Assembly: GCA_963781215.1 (NCBI GenBank)
Contig: CAWAFE010000035.1
Location: forward strand, 91,536-155,535
DNA: 64,000 nt
Reading direction: 5' to 3'
Source: an uncultured Alphaproteobacteria bacterium
GTDB taxonomy: Bacteria > Pseudomonadota > Alphaproteobacteria > ATCC43930 > CGMCC-115725
Every line of letters starts with the position of its first letter. Position 1 is the first letter of the stretch. Below, piece by piece: positions 30,764-40,747 of the stretch. The notes beneath the pieces were generated by a model. That model had not been told where the DNA came from. It saw only the letters and a program-made list of their open reading frames with translations, and ran no database searches. The position numbers were made by a program, and so were the translations under genes.

Positions 30764-31515
30764 AGCCCCAGATAAGCCTGCCGGCCATCCCTGCGGCCGC
30801 GGAGGTTAGCGTACCGAACCAGCCCGACCCCCCGAGCACTGCAGCGGGCGGGCGCGCCACGGGAAGTTCGTTCGCGCCGGATGTCACCTGCGATATTTCC
30901 GCCATCGTGTTGCCTCCCTGATGGCTAACGCGAGGTAGATTGAACCGCCGAACTCAAGAGGGTGGTCTATCGACTCGCCCCAGTCAATAGGATCGCCTCG
31001 CCATCGGCTCCGCTCTCCCTGTAATGGCGATGGGCGGCATCGTCTTGCGCGACCCGTTCAAGCACGACAATGGCGCCTGATGGCAGGATTTAGCCGCGCG
31101 TGCCCGTCGGCCGGCGATGAGGCTGCGACTTCGCCTGAGACCTGCCGGCCGCTGGCTGCAGTGACTTTTGTGTGGGTCCATCGAACGGGAACGGGGCGAG
31201 GGGTCCAGCGCATGTGCCATTCGATGTCATCGTCGAGCATACACAAGAGGACATGGCGCGCCGCCGGGGGCACCGCCCAATGGAACACCGGGCGCAGGAG
31301 CGGAAAAACGGAAAGCCCTATGCCGGAAGCAGCAGGAACAGACTGCGACGTGACCGCTCAGCCCGAAGCTGGAGGGTATTTTTAGGCTTGCCGAGCGAAT
31401 GACCTCGGGGGACCCCTACGAATAAATAGTAGCTGCTGACGGAAGCGGGCTTCGGCAGACGGGCCACGGAGGTCTCGCCTAAGGGTGTTTGCCACCCCGA
31501 TTTCAGATCTGCGTC

Positions 31516-32310
31516 TCAGGCGTCGTTGTCGCTGTCGCTGCTGAAATCCTGGTCCGAGCTGAAATCCTGGTCGGAATTGTCGCTCGAATAATCCTGGTCG
31601 CTGCTGCCCCAGCCGCCGGCAGTCTGGCCGCTGCTGTCGCTCGAGAAATCCTGGTCGCCGCTGCCCCAGCCGGCGGCGTCCTGGCCGGTGTTGTCGCTGC
31701 CGTAATAATTGTTGATCACGGTCTCGCCGAGGCCCGGGGTCATCGCCTGGCCACCGAGGATCCCGGCGCTGGCCTGGTGGCCGAACAGCGACTGGATGCC
31801 CTGGAACAACAACGCGCCGCCGGCGATCCCGGCCGCGGTCGTCGCCGCCGAGCGCAGGAAGCCGCCGCCCATCCCGCCGCCCATGGCTCCCATGAAGCCG
31901 CCGGGCGCGGCCATCGGCTGCGCGTAGCCGCCCTGCGCGGGCTGGCCGTAAGGCTGAGGCTGAGCCGGGGGTGCTGCCGCCACCTGCGGCGCGCGCGTCC
32001 ACGGCCCCGGAGCCGGTTCTGCCTCCGGCTGGCTGCGGCCGAAGAGGCCGCCGAGAAAGCTCGTCGGCGCCTGCCGCGAGGCCTGCTGCGCGTCGGCCAG
32101 CTGCCGCTGCAGGTCGGCGATCTGGTTCTGCGCGTTGTGCAGGCTCAGATCCTGGATCAGCACGGTCTGCACGAGGTAGTAGGACATATCCGGCTGCTCG
32201 GCCACGGCCTGACGGATCAGCGCCTCGGCGTCTGCGTCCTTGGGCTGTCCGGCCACACTCTTGAGGCGGCCGAGCAGGGTCGTGATCAGGTCTTTTTCCT
32301 GGGGGGTCAT
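31516..32310 (-). CDS. DUF2076-domain protein with Gly/Met-rich middle and acidic DQDFSSD-repeat tail
   Basis: MTPQEKDLITTLLGRLKSV...YYLVQTVLIQDLSLHNAQNQIADLQRQL is the DUF2076 N-domain. The C-terminus carries repeated GWGS-DQD(F/Y)SSD units. Confidence 0.75.
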   Translation of the reverse strand: MTPQEKDLITTLLGRLKSVAGQPKDADAEALIRQAVAEQPDMSYYLVQTVLIQDLSLHNAQNQIADLQRQLADAQQASRQAPTSFLGGLFGRSQPEAEPAPGPWTRAPQVAAAPPAQPQPYGQPAQGGYAQPMAAPGGFMGAMGGGMGGGFLRSAATTAAGIAGGALLFQGIQSLFGHQASAGILGGQAMTPGLGETVINNYYGSDNTGQDAAGWGSGDQDFSSDSSGQTAGGWGSSDQDYSSDNSDQDFSSDQDFSSDSDNDA

Positions 32311-32388
32311 GGGTGCCTTCCAACGCGGGAAAAGCGGTGCCGTCCGCAAGATGTGGGGAGTGGGAATCGGCGGTCAATGACCCAGCGG

Positions 32389-33342
32389 TCAGAGCCCGCG
32401 GCGGCCCATCGCCAGGAACTTCTCGCGGCGCTGGAGGCGCAAGGTGGCGCCGTCGAGAGCACAGAGCGGTCGCAACGCGTCCTCGATCGCCTCGCCGACC
32501 GCGTCGATCGCCTCCTTCGGCAGCCGATGGGCGCCGCCAAGCGGTTCGGCGACGACCCGGTCGACGATCCCCAGCCGCAGCAGATCCTGCGCCGTCAGGC
32601 GCAGCGCCTCGGCGGCCTCCCTGGCGTGCTCGCCGTCGCGCCACAGGATCGAGGCGCAGCCTTCGGGGGAGATGACCGAATAGACCGCGTGCTCCAGCAT
32701 CAGGACGGTGTTACCGGCGGCGAGCGCAATGGCGCCGCCCGAGCCGCCCTCGCCGATCACCGCGGCGACGAGCGGGACCCGGATGTCGAGGCAGGTCTCG
32801 ATCGCGCGCGCGATCGCCTCGGCCTGGCCGCGCGCCTCGGCGTCGATCCCGGGATAGGCCCCGGTGGTGTCGATAAAGGTAAGCACGGGGAGACCAAAAC
32901 GGTCGGCGAGCCGCATCAGCCGCCGCGCCTTGCGGTAGCCCTCGGGCCGCGCCATGCCAAAATTGTGCCTGAGGCGGGCTTCGGTGTCGGCACCCTTCTC
33001 GGTGCCGAGCGTGACGACGCTGCGGCCGCGAAAGCGGCCGATCCCGCCGACGACTGCAGCGTCTTCGGCAAAGACGCGGTCGCCGGCAAGCGGCACGAAT
33101 TCGGTAATCAGCGCGCCCAGATAATCGATCGAGTGCGGCCGTTCGGGATGGCGTGCGACCTCGACCTTCTGCCATGGCGTCAACCGCGCGTAGGTTTGGC
33201 GCAGCGCCCGGTCGGCGGAATTCTCGAGCCGGCCGACCTCATCGGCGATATTGATCTCGCTCGTCGTCGACAGGTGGCGGAGTTCTTCGATCTTGCCTTC
33301 GAGCTCGGCGATCGGCCGCTCGAATTCGAGAAAATGGCGCAT
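32389..33342 (-). CDS. accA: acetyl-CoA carboxylase carboxyltransferase alpha subunit
   Basis: [22 protein letters not shown] start. [25 protein letters not shown] and [12 protein letters not shown] motifs. Confidence 0.9.
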   Translation of the reverse strand: MRHFLEFERPIAELEGKIEELRHLSTTSEINIADEVGRLENSADRALRQTYARLTPWQKVEVARHPERPHSIDYLGALITEFVPLAGDRVFAEDAAVVGGIGRFRGRSVVTLGTEKGADTEARLRHNFGMARPEGYRKARRLMRLADRFGLPVLTFIDTTGAYPGIDAEARGQAEAIARAIETCLDIRVPLVAAVIGEGGSGGAIALAAGNTVLMLEHAVYSVISPEGCASILWRDGEHAREAAEALRLTAQDLLRLGIVDRVVAEPLGGAHRLPKEAIDAVGEAIEDALRPLCALDGATLRLQRREKFLAMGRRGL

Positions 33343-34298
33343 TATTTGCGCCGCGCCAGCGGATGCGCGGTCTCGACCAATTTGCGCAGCCGATCGGAAA
33401 GGACATGGGTATAGATCTGGGTCGTGGCGATGTCGGCGTGCCCTAGCATCTGCTGCACGCTGCGCAGATCGGCGCCGTGATCGAGGAGATGGCTGGCAAA
33501 AGCGTGGCGCAGCACATGCGGGGAGAGTTGGGCGGGGTCGAGGCCGGCGGCCGCCGCCAGCTCCTTCATCAGCTGGCCGCAGCGTTGGCGCGTCAGATGC
33601 CCCTCTTCGCCGCGCGACGGGAAGAGCCAGCGCGAGGGCTGAGAATCCGGCAGAAACCGCTCGCGGCAGCCGAGATAGGCGCCGAGCGCCTGCCGGCCCG
33701 GCTCGTTCAGCGGCACGACCCGTTCCTTCCCGCCCTTGCCGCGGACCAGCAGAAAACGCGGATCGCGCCGTGCGGCGGCCAACGGCAACGTCACCAGCTC
33801 GGAGACCCGCAGCCCCGTCGCATAAAAGAGCTCGAAGATGCACAGGAGACGCGTGCCTTCATCGCCGGCCACGGCGCGGGCGGCGGCGATCAGCCGCTCG
33901 ATCTCGGCCTCGGAGAGTATCTTCGGCAGCGGCCGGCCCAATCGCGGCGTATCGAGGCCGGTCGTCGGATCATCCCCGCGGACCTTGTCGACCACCAGGA
34001 ATTTGTAGAATTGGCGCATCGCCGAAATCCGCCGGGCAAGGGTTCTCGGCGTCAGCCGGGCCGCGTCGGCCGCCGCCACGCAAGCGTGCAGAGCCTCGGC
34101 ATCGGCCGTTTCGAGCGCGATCCCGCGGGCCGAGAGAAATCCCGCGAGATCAACCAGGTCGTTGCGATAGGCGGCGAGCGTCAGCCGGGCGGCGCCGCGC
34201 TCGGCCGCCAGCATCTCCAGGAATGCCTCCAGATGCTTCGAGACCGACACCGCGGAGCGGCCCCGCCGGTCTTTCCCGTTACTTGGGAAAGCGCGCAT
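33342..34298 (-). CDS. xerD: site-specific tyrosine recombinase XerD
   Basis: [24 protein letters not shown] and [15 protein letters not shown] motifs. TAATG overlap with the accA start. Confidence 0.85.
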   Translation of the reverse strand: MRAFPSNGKDRRGRSAVSVSKHLEAFLEMLAAERGAARLTLAAYRNDLVDLAGFLSARGIALETADAEALHACVAAADAARLTPRTLARRISAMRQFYKFLVVDKVRGDDPTTGLDTPRLGRPLPKILSEAEIERLIAAARAVAGDEGTRLLCIFELFYATGLRVSELVTLPLAAARRDPRFLLVRGKGGKERVVPLNEPGRQALGAYLGCRERFLPDSQPSRWLFPSRGEEGHLTRQRCGQLMKELAAAAGLDPAQLSPHVLRHAFASHLLDHGADLRSVQQMLGHADIATTQIYTHVLSDRLRKLVETAHPLARRK

Positions 34299-34419
34299 CG
34301 GGCAGCACCTTTTCGACCGGGGCGGAGGGCGCCGGCGGGTTCCACAGTGCCAGGAAGCCCGCACCGCCAAGCGCCAACAGGACGACGACCACGACCAACG
34401 CAATGGTGAGCTTGCCCAT
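34279..34419 (-). CDS. possible small single-TM protein upstream of xerD
   Basis: MGKLTIALVVVVVLLALGGAGFLALWNPP... at the end of ORF 34279-35004; the rest of that ORF is antisense to aroK. Confidence 0.3.
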   Translation of the reverse strand: MGKLTIALVVVVVLLALGGAGFLALWNPPAPSAPVEKVLPDARFPK

Positions 34420-34512
34420 CCGGCGACTCGCATTCCCCGCAGCCATGCGGCCGATTGACGAGCAGGCCGCACGATATGCTAGTACCCTCGCAAGGCACGG
34501 GGAAAAAGAGCG

Positions 34513-35139
34513 GTGACGGCGGAGCGGGTCGAGCGGGCGGCGGAGGCGGCGGGATCGGCGCGGCGGACGGCGGCGGGCCTGCGATTCGTGCCGAGCCGGA
34601 CGATCGTCCTCGTCGGCCTGATGGGCGCGGGGAAGACCAAGATCGGCCGCCGGCTGGCGGCACGGCTTAACCTCCCGTTTTTCGATTCGGACCAGGAGAT
34701 CGAGGCCGCAGCCGGCGAGACCATCGAGGAGATCTTTGCCAACCGCGGCGAGCGGGTGTTTCGCGACGGCGAGCGCCGGGTCATCCTGCGGCTCTTGGGT
34801 GAGCCGGTTCATGTGCTGGCGACGGGCGGCGGCGCCTTCATGGACGGGGCGACGCGGGCCGCGGTCGGGCGGCGCGGCGTCTCGCTGTGGCTGCGCGCCG
34901 ACCTCGACGTCCTGGTGCAGCGCGTGTCGCGGCGCAGTGATCGGCCGTTGCTGAAAGAGGGGAATCCGCGCGAAGTCCTTGCCGCGCTGATCGAGCGGCG
35001 GCACCCGATCTATGCCGAGGCCGACGTGATCCTGGACAGTGGCGAGAGCTGGCCCGAAACGACGGTAACGCGAGCGCTGGCGGCACTCGCCGCCTGCCCG
35101 CGCGCGGCCGAGCCGCCCGAAACGGAGGATGCGGAATGA
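34513..35139 (+). CDS. aroK: shikimate kinase
   Basis: IVLVGLMGAGKTKIGRRLA P-loop; FFDSDQEIE motif. Confidence 0.85.
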   Translation: MTAERVERAAEAAGSARRTAAGLRFVPSRTIVLVGLMGAGKTKIGRRLAARLNLPFFDSDQEIEAAAGETIEEIFANRGERVFRDGERRVILRLLGEPVHVLATGGGAFMDGATRAAVGRRGVSLWLRADLDVLVQRVSRRSDRPLLKEGNPREVLAALIERRHPIYAEADVILDSGESWPETTVTRALAALAACPRAAEPPETEDAE

Positions 35140-36248
35140 CGGTCGGAACGGAGCGGCTGCGGGTCGAGCTTGCTGAGCGCGCCTACGACATCGTCGTTGG
35201 GCCGCGGCTGATCGAGGACGCCGGTGGCGAAATCCTGCCGCTCATGCGGCGCCGGCAGGCGGTCGTCGTTTCCGACGAGACCGTCGCCCGGCATTACCTC
35301 GCGCCGTTGCGCCAGAGCCTCGCCGGGGCCGGCATCGCGCATCACACCGTGATATTGCCGCCGGGCGAGGAGACCAAGGACCTCGCCCATTTCGGCCGGC
35401 TGGCCGAGGATATCCTGGAATTCGGCATCGAGCGCGGGACAATGCTGGTGGCATTAGGCGGCGGCGTCGTCGGCGACATGACCGGCTTTGCCGCGGCGAC
35501 CCTGCTGCGCGGCATCGATTTTGTGCAGATCCCGACGACGTTGCTGGCCCAGGTCGACAGCTCGGTCGGCGGCAAGACCGGGATCAACACCCAGATGGGC
35601 AAGAACCTGATCGGCGCCTTCTACCAGCCGCGTCTCGTGCTGGCCGACACCGACACCTTGGCGACCCTGCCGCGCCGCGAGCTTCTCGCTGGCTATGCCG
35701 AAACCGTCAAATACGGCCTGATCCGCGACGCCGGGTTTTTCGACCGGCTCGAAACCGAGGGGCAGTCGGTCTGCGACCTGGCCCCGGCGGCGCTGCGCCA
35801 TGCGGTGACGACCAGCTGCGCTATGAAGGCGGCAATCGTCGCCGCCGACGAGCGTGAGGAGAGCGACCGCGCGCTCCTCAATTTCGGCCACACCTTCGGC
35901 CACGCCTTGGAAACCGAGACCGGGTTCAGCGCGCGGCTGCTGCACGGCGAGGCGGTGGCGTTGGGCATGATCCTGGCCTTCGACTTCGCCGTGCGCCTCG
36001 GCCTGGCGTCGGGGCAGGATGCGGTGCGGGTGCGCCGCCATTTCGAGGCGACGGGCTTGCCGACCGGGCTCGCCGCCTTCGGGCTCGCCGGCATCCCGGC
36101 CGACCGCCTGCTCGCCTATATGAGCAAGGACAAAAAAGTCCGCGACGGCCGCATCGCGCTGATCCTGCCACGCCGCATCGGCGGCGCCTTCATCATGAAG
36201 GACGCGCCGGTCGACGAGCTGCGCGCGTTTCTCGCCGCGGCGGCGTGA
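35136..36248 (+). CDS. aroB: 3-dehydroquinate synthase
   Basis: ATGA overlap with aroK. GGGVVGDMTGFAAAT and NFGHTFGHALE motifs. Confidence 0.9.
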   Translation: MTVGTERLRVELAERAYDIVVGPRLIEDAGGEILPLMRRRQAVVVSDETVARHYLAPLRQSLAGAGIAHHTVILPPGEETKDLAHFGRLAEDILEFGIERGTMLVALGGGVVGDMTGFAAATLLRGIDFVQIPTTLLAQVDSSVGGKTGINTQMGKNLIGAFYQPRLVLADTDTLATLPRRELLAGYAETVKYGLIRDAGFFDRLETEGQSVCDLAPAALRHAVTTSCAMKAAIVAADEREESDRALLNFGHTFGHALETETGFSARLLHGEAVALGMILAFDFAVRLGLASGQDAVRVRRHFEATGLPTGLAAFGLAGIPADRLLAYMSKDKKVRDGRIALILPRRIGGAFIMKDAPVDELRAFLAAAA

Positions 36249-36257
36249 ACCGGCGGC

Positions 36258-36989
36258 TCAGGCTACGGCGGCGACCGTGAGGCGGCCGGTGACCTGGTGG
36301 CGCTCGATCAGGCGGGCGACGAGGCCGGATTTTTTTGCCTCCTCGACGAAATCGCGCAGGAATGCCGCACCCGCGCTGTTGGTCTTGGCGGTACCGACCG
36401 CCTGCTGCACGGCGGTGAACTGGCCGTCGAGAATGCGCGCGCCGGGCAGCTTCTGCACCTCGCCGAGGAGGCCCGGACGCAGGCCGGCGAGCGCGTCCAT
36501 CTTGTCGTCGACGAACATTTTGAAGGTCGCCTCACCGCCGTTGGCACGGACGACCTCGGCATTCTTGATGTTTCGAGCGAGCCAGAGGTCGTAGGCGCTC
36601 CTGGCCGACACCGCGATGCGCACGCCCGGCCGGTCGACCTCGGAGATCGTTTTCAGAGATGAGCCCGCCGGCACCAGATAGGTTGCCTCGATCTCGACAT
36701 AGGCGGGGGAGAACGAGATCTTTTCCGCCCGCTGCGGCTCGGCGCCGATCAGGCCGATGTCCCACACACCCGTGCCCGCCGCATCGGCCAGCTCGCCCGG
36801 CCGCGCATAGGGCAGATAGGCGACCGGCACGCCCAGCCGGCCGGCGATCTCGCGCGCCATATCCGGGGCCACACCCTCGGGATCGCCCGAGGCACTCTTC
36901 CCGGTGACCAAGAGGAAATTCCCCATGTTGATGGCGGCGCGTAGCACGCCCGTGGGCGCGAGCTGGGAGACGACTTCTTGTTGCGGCAT
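36258..36989 (-). CDS. SBP_bac_3-like (amino-acid-type) binding-domain protein without evident signal peptide
   Basis: ORF 36258-37049. GVLRAAINMGNFLLV...GVAPDMAREIA...ISFSPAYVEIEATYLV pattern. Neither possible start gives a signal peptide. Confidence 0.6.
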   Translation of the reverse strand: MPQQEVVSQLAPTGVLRAAINMGNFLLVTGKSASGDPEGVAPDMAREIAGRLGVPVAYLPYARPGELADAAGTGVWDIGLIGAEPQRAEKISFSPAYVEIEATYLVPAGSSLKTISEVDRPGVRIAVSARSAYDLWLARNIKNAEVVRANGGEATFKMFVDDKMDALAGLRPGLLGEVQKLPGARILDGQFTAVQQAVGTAKTNSAGAAFLRDFVEEAKKSGLVARLIERHQVTGRLTVAAVA

Positions 36990-37052
36990 CGGCGGAGTCT
37001 CCTGGGCGCGAGGTCCGCTCCCTTTACCCGAATCGCGGTCGGGGTCCAAGGC

Positions 37053-38750
37053 TCACTTCGCCGCGACCGACGTCTGGTCGGCTTTCGGGAACATGGCATC
37101 AATCATCCCCAGCGCGATCTCGCGCTCGCCCATGATCACGATGTCGGCGCCGAGCTTGTCCAGATGCTCGACCTCATCGTCTGAATGGGCGCGGGCGACG
37201 ACCTGCAGGGAAGGGTGCAGGGCCTTGGCCTGCGCCACCAGCTGCCCCGCCTCGAAGCCGTTGGGGATAGCGACGCATAGCCACCTGGCCCCGGCGATGT
37301 TGGCGGCCTCGATCAGCTCCGACTCTAGCGCGTTGCCGGCGATGGTCTCGACCCCTTGGCCCCGCAACCGCTCGGCGATCTCGGGGTTCTCCTCGACGAC
37401 GAGGAGAGGGAGCCTGCGGCGCTTGGCCTCCTCGCCGACGAGGCTGCCGACCCTCCCGTACCCGACGAGCACGAGGTGATCCCTCAGCGCCGTCGGTACC
37501 AGCGGCTCGACGGTGGCCGGTTCGCTGGCGAGCGCAGGCGCCGGCTCGAGCAAGGCACGCAAACGTTCGGCAACAAAAAAGAGCGCGGGATTGAGCAGAA
37601 TCGACAAGATCGCCCCGGCGAGGATCAGGTCGCGGCCTTCCGCCGGCAGCAGACCAAGTCCGACGCCAAGCCCGGCCAGGATGAACGAGAACTCGCCGAT
37701 CTGCGCGAGCCCGGCGGAGATCGTCAGGGCCCGGCTGGAAGAGTGGCCGAAAGCGCGAACAAGCACATAGGCCGGGACCGATTTGCCGATAGCGATGATC
37801 AGCAGCACCGCGAGCAGCGGCCACGGCTCGCGCACGAGGATTGCCGGATCGGCGAGCATGCCGACCGAAATAAAGAACAGGACGGCGAAGGCATCGCGAA
37901 ACGGCAGCGATTCTTCGGTCGCCCGCTGGCTGAGCTCGGACTCGCTGAGCACGATCCCGGAAAAGAAGGCGCCGAGCGCGAAGGAAACGTCGAACAGGAA
38001 AGCCGCGCCATAGGCGACGCCGAGCGAGACCGCGAGCACCGCCAGACGGAACAATTCCCGCGATCCGGTCCAGGCGACATAGTGGAAAATCCACGGAATG
38101 ACCCGCTGCCCGACCACCAGCATGACCGCGACAAAGGCGGCGACCTTGCCGATGGTAAGCACCAGCGCCGTCGCGATCTCGCCGGCCGATGACTCGGCGC
38201 CTTCGCCAGCCTCAGCACCCGCGCCGGCCAACCGGGCGAGGACGGGCAGCAGCACCAGCACCAGCACCATCGCCAAATCCTGGACGATCAGCCAGCCGAC
38301 CATGATCCGCCCACGCTCGGTCGGGAGCAGCCGGCGCTCCTGCAAGGCCCGCAGCAGAACGACGGTGCTGGCAACGGAAAGGGCGAGGCCGAGCACCAGC
38401 CCGGCCGCAATGCCCCAGCCCAGCAGTATCGTCAGCGCGACGCAAAGCAGTATCGACACAGCCATCTGCCCCAACGCGCCGGGGATCGCGATCGATCGGA
38501 CCGACAGCAGCTCCTTCAGTGAGAAATGCAGGCCGACGCCGAACATCAACAGAATGATGCCGATCTCGGCCAGCTGGTTGGCCAACCCCTGATCCGCCAC
38601 GAACCCCGGCGTGAACGGCCCGACCGCAACCCCGGCCAAGAGGTAGCCGACGATCGGCGAGATCCGAAGCCGATGGGCGATCGTGCCAAAAACGAAGGCG
38701 AGGACGAGGGCCGCCACGATCGTGGCGACGAGCGGTGTCGAATGCGTCAT
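37053..38750 (-). CDS. CPA2 cation:proton antiporter with C-terminal TrkA-N domain (KefB/YbaL-like)
   Basis: 565-aa ORF; 12-13 hydrophobic helices, then HLVLVGYGRVGSLVG Rossmann motif. Confidence 0.85.
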   Translation of the reverse strand: MTHSTPLVATIVAALVLAFVFGTIAHRLRISPIVGYLLAGVAVGPFTPGFVADQGLANQLAEIGIILLMFGVGLHFSLKELLSVRSIAIPGALGQMAVSILLCVALTILLGWGIAAGLVLGLALSVASTVVLLRALQERRLLPTERGRIMVGWLIVQDLAMVLVLVLLPVLARLAGAGAEAGEGAESSAGEIATALVLTIGKVAAFVAVMLVVGQRVIPWIFHYVAWTGSRELFRLAVLAVSLGVAYGAAFLFDVSFALGAFFSGIVLSESELSQRATEESLPFRDAFAVLFFISVGMLADPAILVREPWPLLAVLLIIAIGKSVPAYVLVRAFGHSSSRALTISAGLAQIGEFSFILAGLGVGLGLLPAEGRDLILAGAILSILLNPALFFVAERLRALLEPAPALASEPATVEPLVPTALRDHLVLVGYGRVGSLVGEEAKRRRLPLLVVEENPEIAERLRGQGVETIAGNALESELIEAANIAGARWLCVAIPNGFEAGQLVAQAKALHPSLQVVARAHSDDEVEHLDKLGADIVIMGEREIALGMIDAMFPKADQTSVAAK

Positions 38751-38821
38751 GACCGGCGTCGGGTTCCTTGGCTGGGCTCTCGACGAGCCCAGCTAACCCG
38801 AAAGCGGCGGCGGGAGTCGCG

Positions 38822-39127
38822 CTATTTCGGACCGGCCGGCGCACCGGCCTTCTGTGGGTCCTCGTCCGGGGCGAGCGTGGTCAGCGACAATGCATGGACG
38901 CGCGTTGCCAGCTCGTCGGCCAGCGCCTGATAGACGAGACGCTGCCGTGCCACCCGGCTCTGACCGGCAAACGCAGCTGAGACGATGGCGACGGCGAAAT
39001 GCGTCTCGCCCTCCGGCCGGGCGCCGGCGTGCCCGGCATGGCGGTGCAACTCGTCGACGATCTCGAGCCGCGCGGGCGCAAAACGGTCGGAGAGCTTGCG
39101 GCGGATCGTGTCGGCGACGCTCATCAC
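38822..39127 (-). CDS. BolA-family protein
   Basis: 101-aa ORF; LEIVDELHRHAGHAG...HFAVAIVSAAFAGQSRVARQRLVYQAL. Confidence 0.8.
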   Translation of the reverse strand: MMSVADTIRRKLSDRFAPARLEIVDELHRHAGHAGARPEGETHFAVAIVSAAFAGQSRVARQRLVYQALADELATRVHALSLTTLAPDEDPQKAGAPAGPK

Positions 39128-39813
39128 CGCTGCCTCTCTTCAGCGGCGGCGGCGAGAAAGCTGCCGAGATCCTCCACCATGTGGTGGATATGACCGCCTT
39201 CGGCGCCGTCGGCGGCCCAATCGACCGTGCCGCGCACCCAGGCGGTGGTCATCCCGAGTGATGCCGCCGGCACCAGGTTTCGGGCCATGTCCTCGACCAT
39301 CAGCGCGGTCCGCGGCGCCACCTCGTGCCGGCGCAGGAGCTCGTGGTAGCCGGCGAGGTGCGGCTTCGGCTCGAACCCGGCGGCGGCGATGTCGACGATG
39401 CCGCAGAACGATCCGGAAATGCCGAGATGATCGAGGAGCCGGCACGCATGGCGCTCGGAGCCGTTGGTGTGGACGATCTTGCGGCCGGGCAACGCCGCCA
39501 GCGCCGCAACGAGCACCGGATCGGCGGATACGCAGGAAAGGTCGATCTCGTGCACATAGCCGAGAAAGTCGTAGGGGTCGATGCCGTCGACCGTCATCAG
39601 CCCACGCAAGGTCGTCCCATGCTCGCGGAAATAGGTCTTCTGTACCGCCAGCGCATCTTCGGCAGACAATTTCAGCCTATCTGCGATGAATGCGGTCATC
39701 CGCGCATGAACCTGGTCGAAGAGACGGCAAGACGCTGGGTAGAGCGTATTGTCGAGATCGAAGATCCAGGTCTCGATCTCGCCCAACGGCCGGCCGCGAG
39801 CGGGTATCGGCAT
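39124..39813 (-). CDS. pyrimidine 5'-nucleotidase (HAD superfamily)
   Basis: WIFDLDNTLY motif I; HTNGSERHA and VEDMARNL motifs. 4-nt overlap with bolA. Confidence 0.75.
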   Translation of the reverse strand: MPIPARGRPLGEIETWIFDLDNTLYPASCRLFDQVHARMTAFIADRLKLSAEDALAVQKTYFREHGTTLRGLMTVDGIDPYDFLGYVHEIDLSCVSADPVLVAALAALPGRKIVHTNGSERHACRLLDHLGISGSFCGIVDIAAAGFEPKPHLAGYHELLRRHEVAPRTALMVEDMARNLVPAASLGMTTAWVRGTVDWAADGAEGGHIHHMVEDLGSFLAAAAEERQR

Positions 39814-39816
39814 GGT

Positions 39817-40734
39817 CTAGCCGGGCCGGATCAGGGTTCCGGCGCCCTCGGTGAAGAGCTCGAGCAGGATCGCGTGCGGCACCCGCCCGTCGAGGATGAC
39901 GGCCGCCTCGACGCCGCCCTCGACGGCATCGAGACAGGTCTCGACCTTGGGGATCATGCCGCCGTTGATGACGCCCTCGGCGATCATCCGTCGCGCTGCC
40001 GCCGCCGAGATCTCCGGCACCAAGCGTTTGTCGGCGTCGAGCACACCCTCGACATCGGTCAACAGCAAGAGCCGCGTCGCCTTGACCGCGGCGGCGATGG
40101 CGCCCGCCACCGTGTCGGCATTGATGTTGTAGGTCTCGCCCGCCGTACCGACGCCGATGGGTGCAACCACCGGGATGATGTCGGATTGCCGGAAGGTGTC
40201 CAGGACGCGCGCGGCGATCCGCTGCGGTTCGCCGACATAGCCGAGGTCGATCTCCGTCCTGGTGCCGGCCTCGACCCGAGTGCGGACGATTTTTCTCGCC
40301 TCGATCAGCCCGCCATCCTTGCCGGTCAGCCCGATCGCACAGCCGCCCTCGGCGTTGATCGCCGCCACCAGCTGCTTGTTGATGGTCCCGGCGAGGACCA
40401 TTTCGACCACATCCATCGTCTCGCGGTCGGTGACCCGAAGCCCGTCGACAAACCGGCTCTCGATGCCGAGCCGCTTGAGCATCTGGCCGATCTGCGGCCC
40501 ACCGCCGTGCACGACGATTGGGTTGATGCCGACCTGCTTCAACAGGACGACGTCACGGGCGAAGGAATCGCCGCCCGAGGCGCTGCCCATCGCATGCCCG
40601 CCATACTTGACGACAAGGGTGTGCCCGGCATAGCGCCGCATATAGGGGAGCGCCTCGGCCAGAACCGCGGCCTTGACCACCGGGTCCGGGTTCTGAGGTG
40701 CGATGGAGGACGGAGGATGTGCGGTGGGGCTCAT
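39817..40734 (-). CDS. argB: acetylglutamate kinase
   Basis: [21 protein letters not shown] and [13 protein letters not shown] motifs. Start taken at the 24th codon of the ORF. Confidence 0.9.
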   Translation of the reverse strand: MSPTAHPPSSIAPQNPDPVVKAAVLAEALPYMRRYAGHTLVVKYGGHAMGSASGGDSFARDVVLLKQVGINPIVVHGGGPQIGQMLKRLGIESRFVDGLRVTDRETMDVVEMVLAGTINKQLVAAINAEGGCAIGLTGKDGGLIEARKIVRTRVEAGTRTEIDLGYVGEPQRIAARVLDTFRQSDIIPVVAPIGVGTAGETYNINADTVAGAIAAAVKATRLLLLTDVEGVLDADKRLVPEISAAAARRMIAEGVINGGMIPKVETCLDAVEGGVEAAVILDGRVPHAILLELFTEGAGTLIRPG

Positions 40735-40747
40735 GGGCAGGGAGAGC

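Noticed and set aside
30906-31400. TPP (THI-box) or guanidine-I (ykkC) riboswitch in the ABC-operon leader
   Set aside because: On the mRNA (minus) strand I could not find the TPP core (GGGGUGC...GCUGAGA...ACCUGAUCUGGAUAAUGCCAGCG) or the ykkC GGUCCGAGAG / ACGGCGGGA blocks. A CTGAGA at about 31133 is on the wrong strand, and a GGCTGAGC...GCATAGGG resemblance near 31300-31370 is too weak. It needs an Infernal scan and is kept only as an unexplained structured leader.
31382-33414. 420-aa (minus) and 641-aa (plus) ORFs spanning the DUF2076/accA region
   Set aside because: Both are Arg/Pro/Gly-rich alternative-frame or antisense shadows of DUF2076 and accA, with no independent support.
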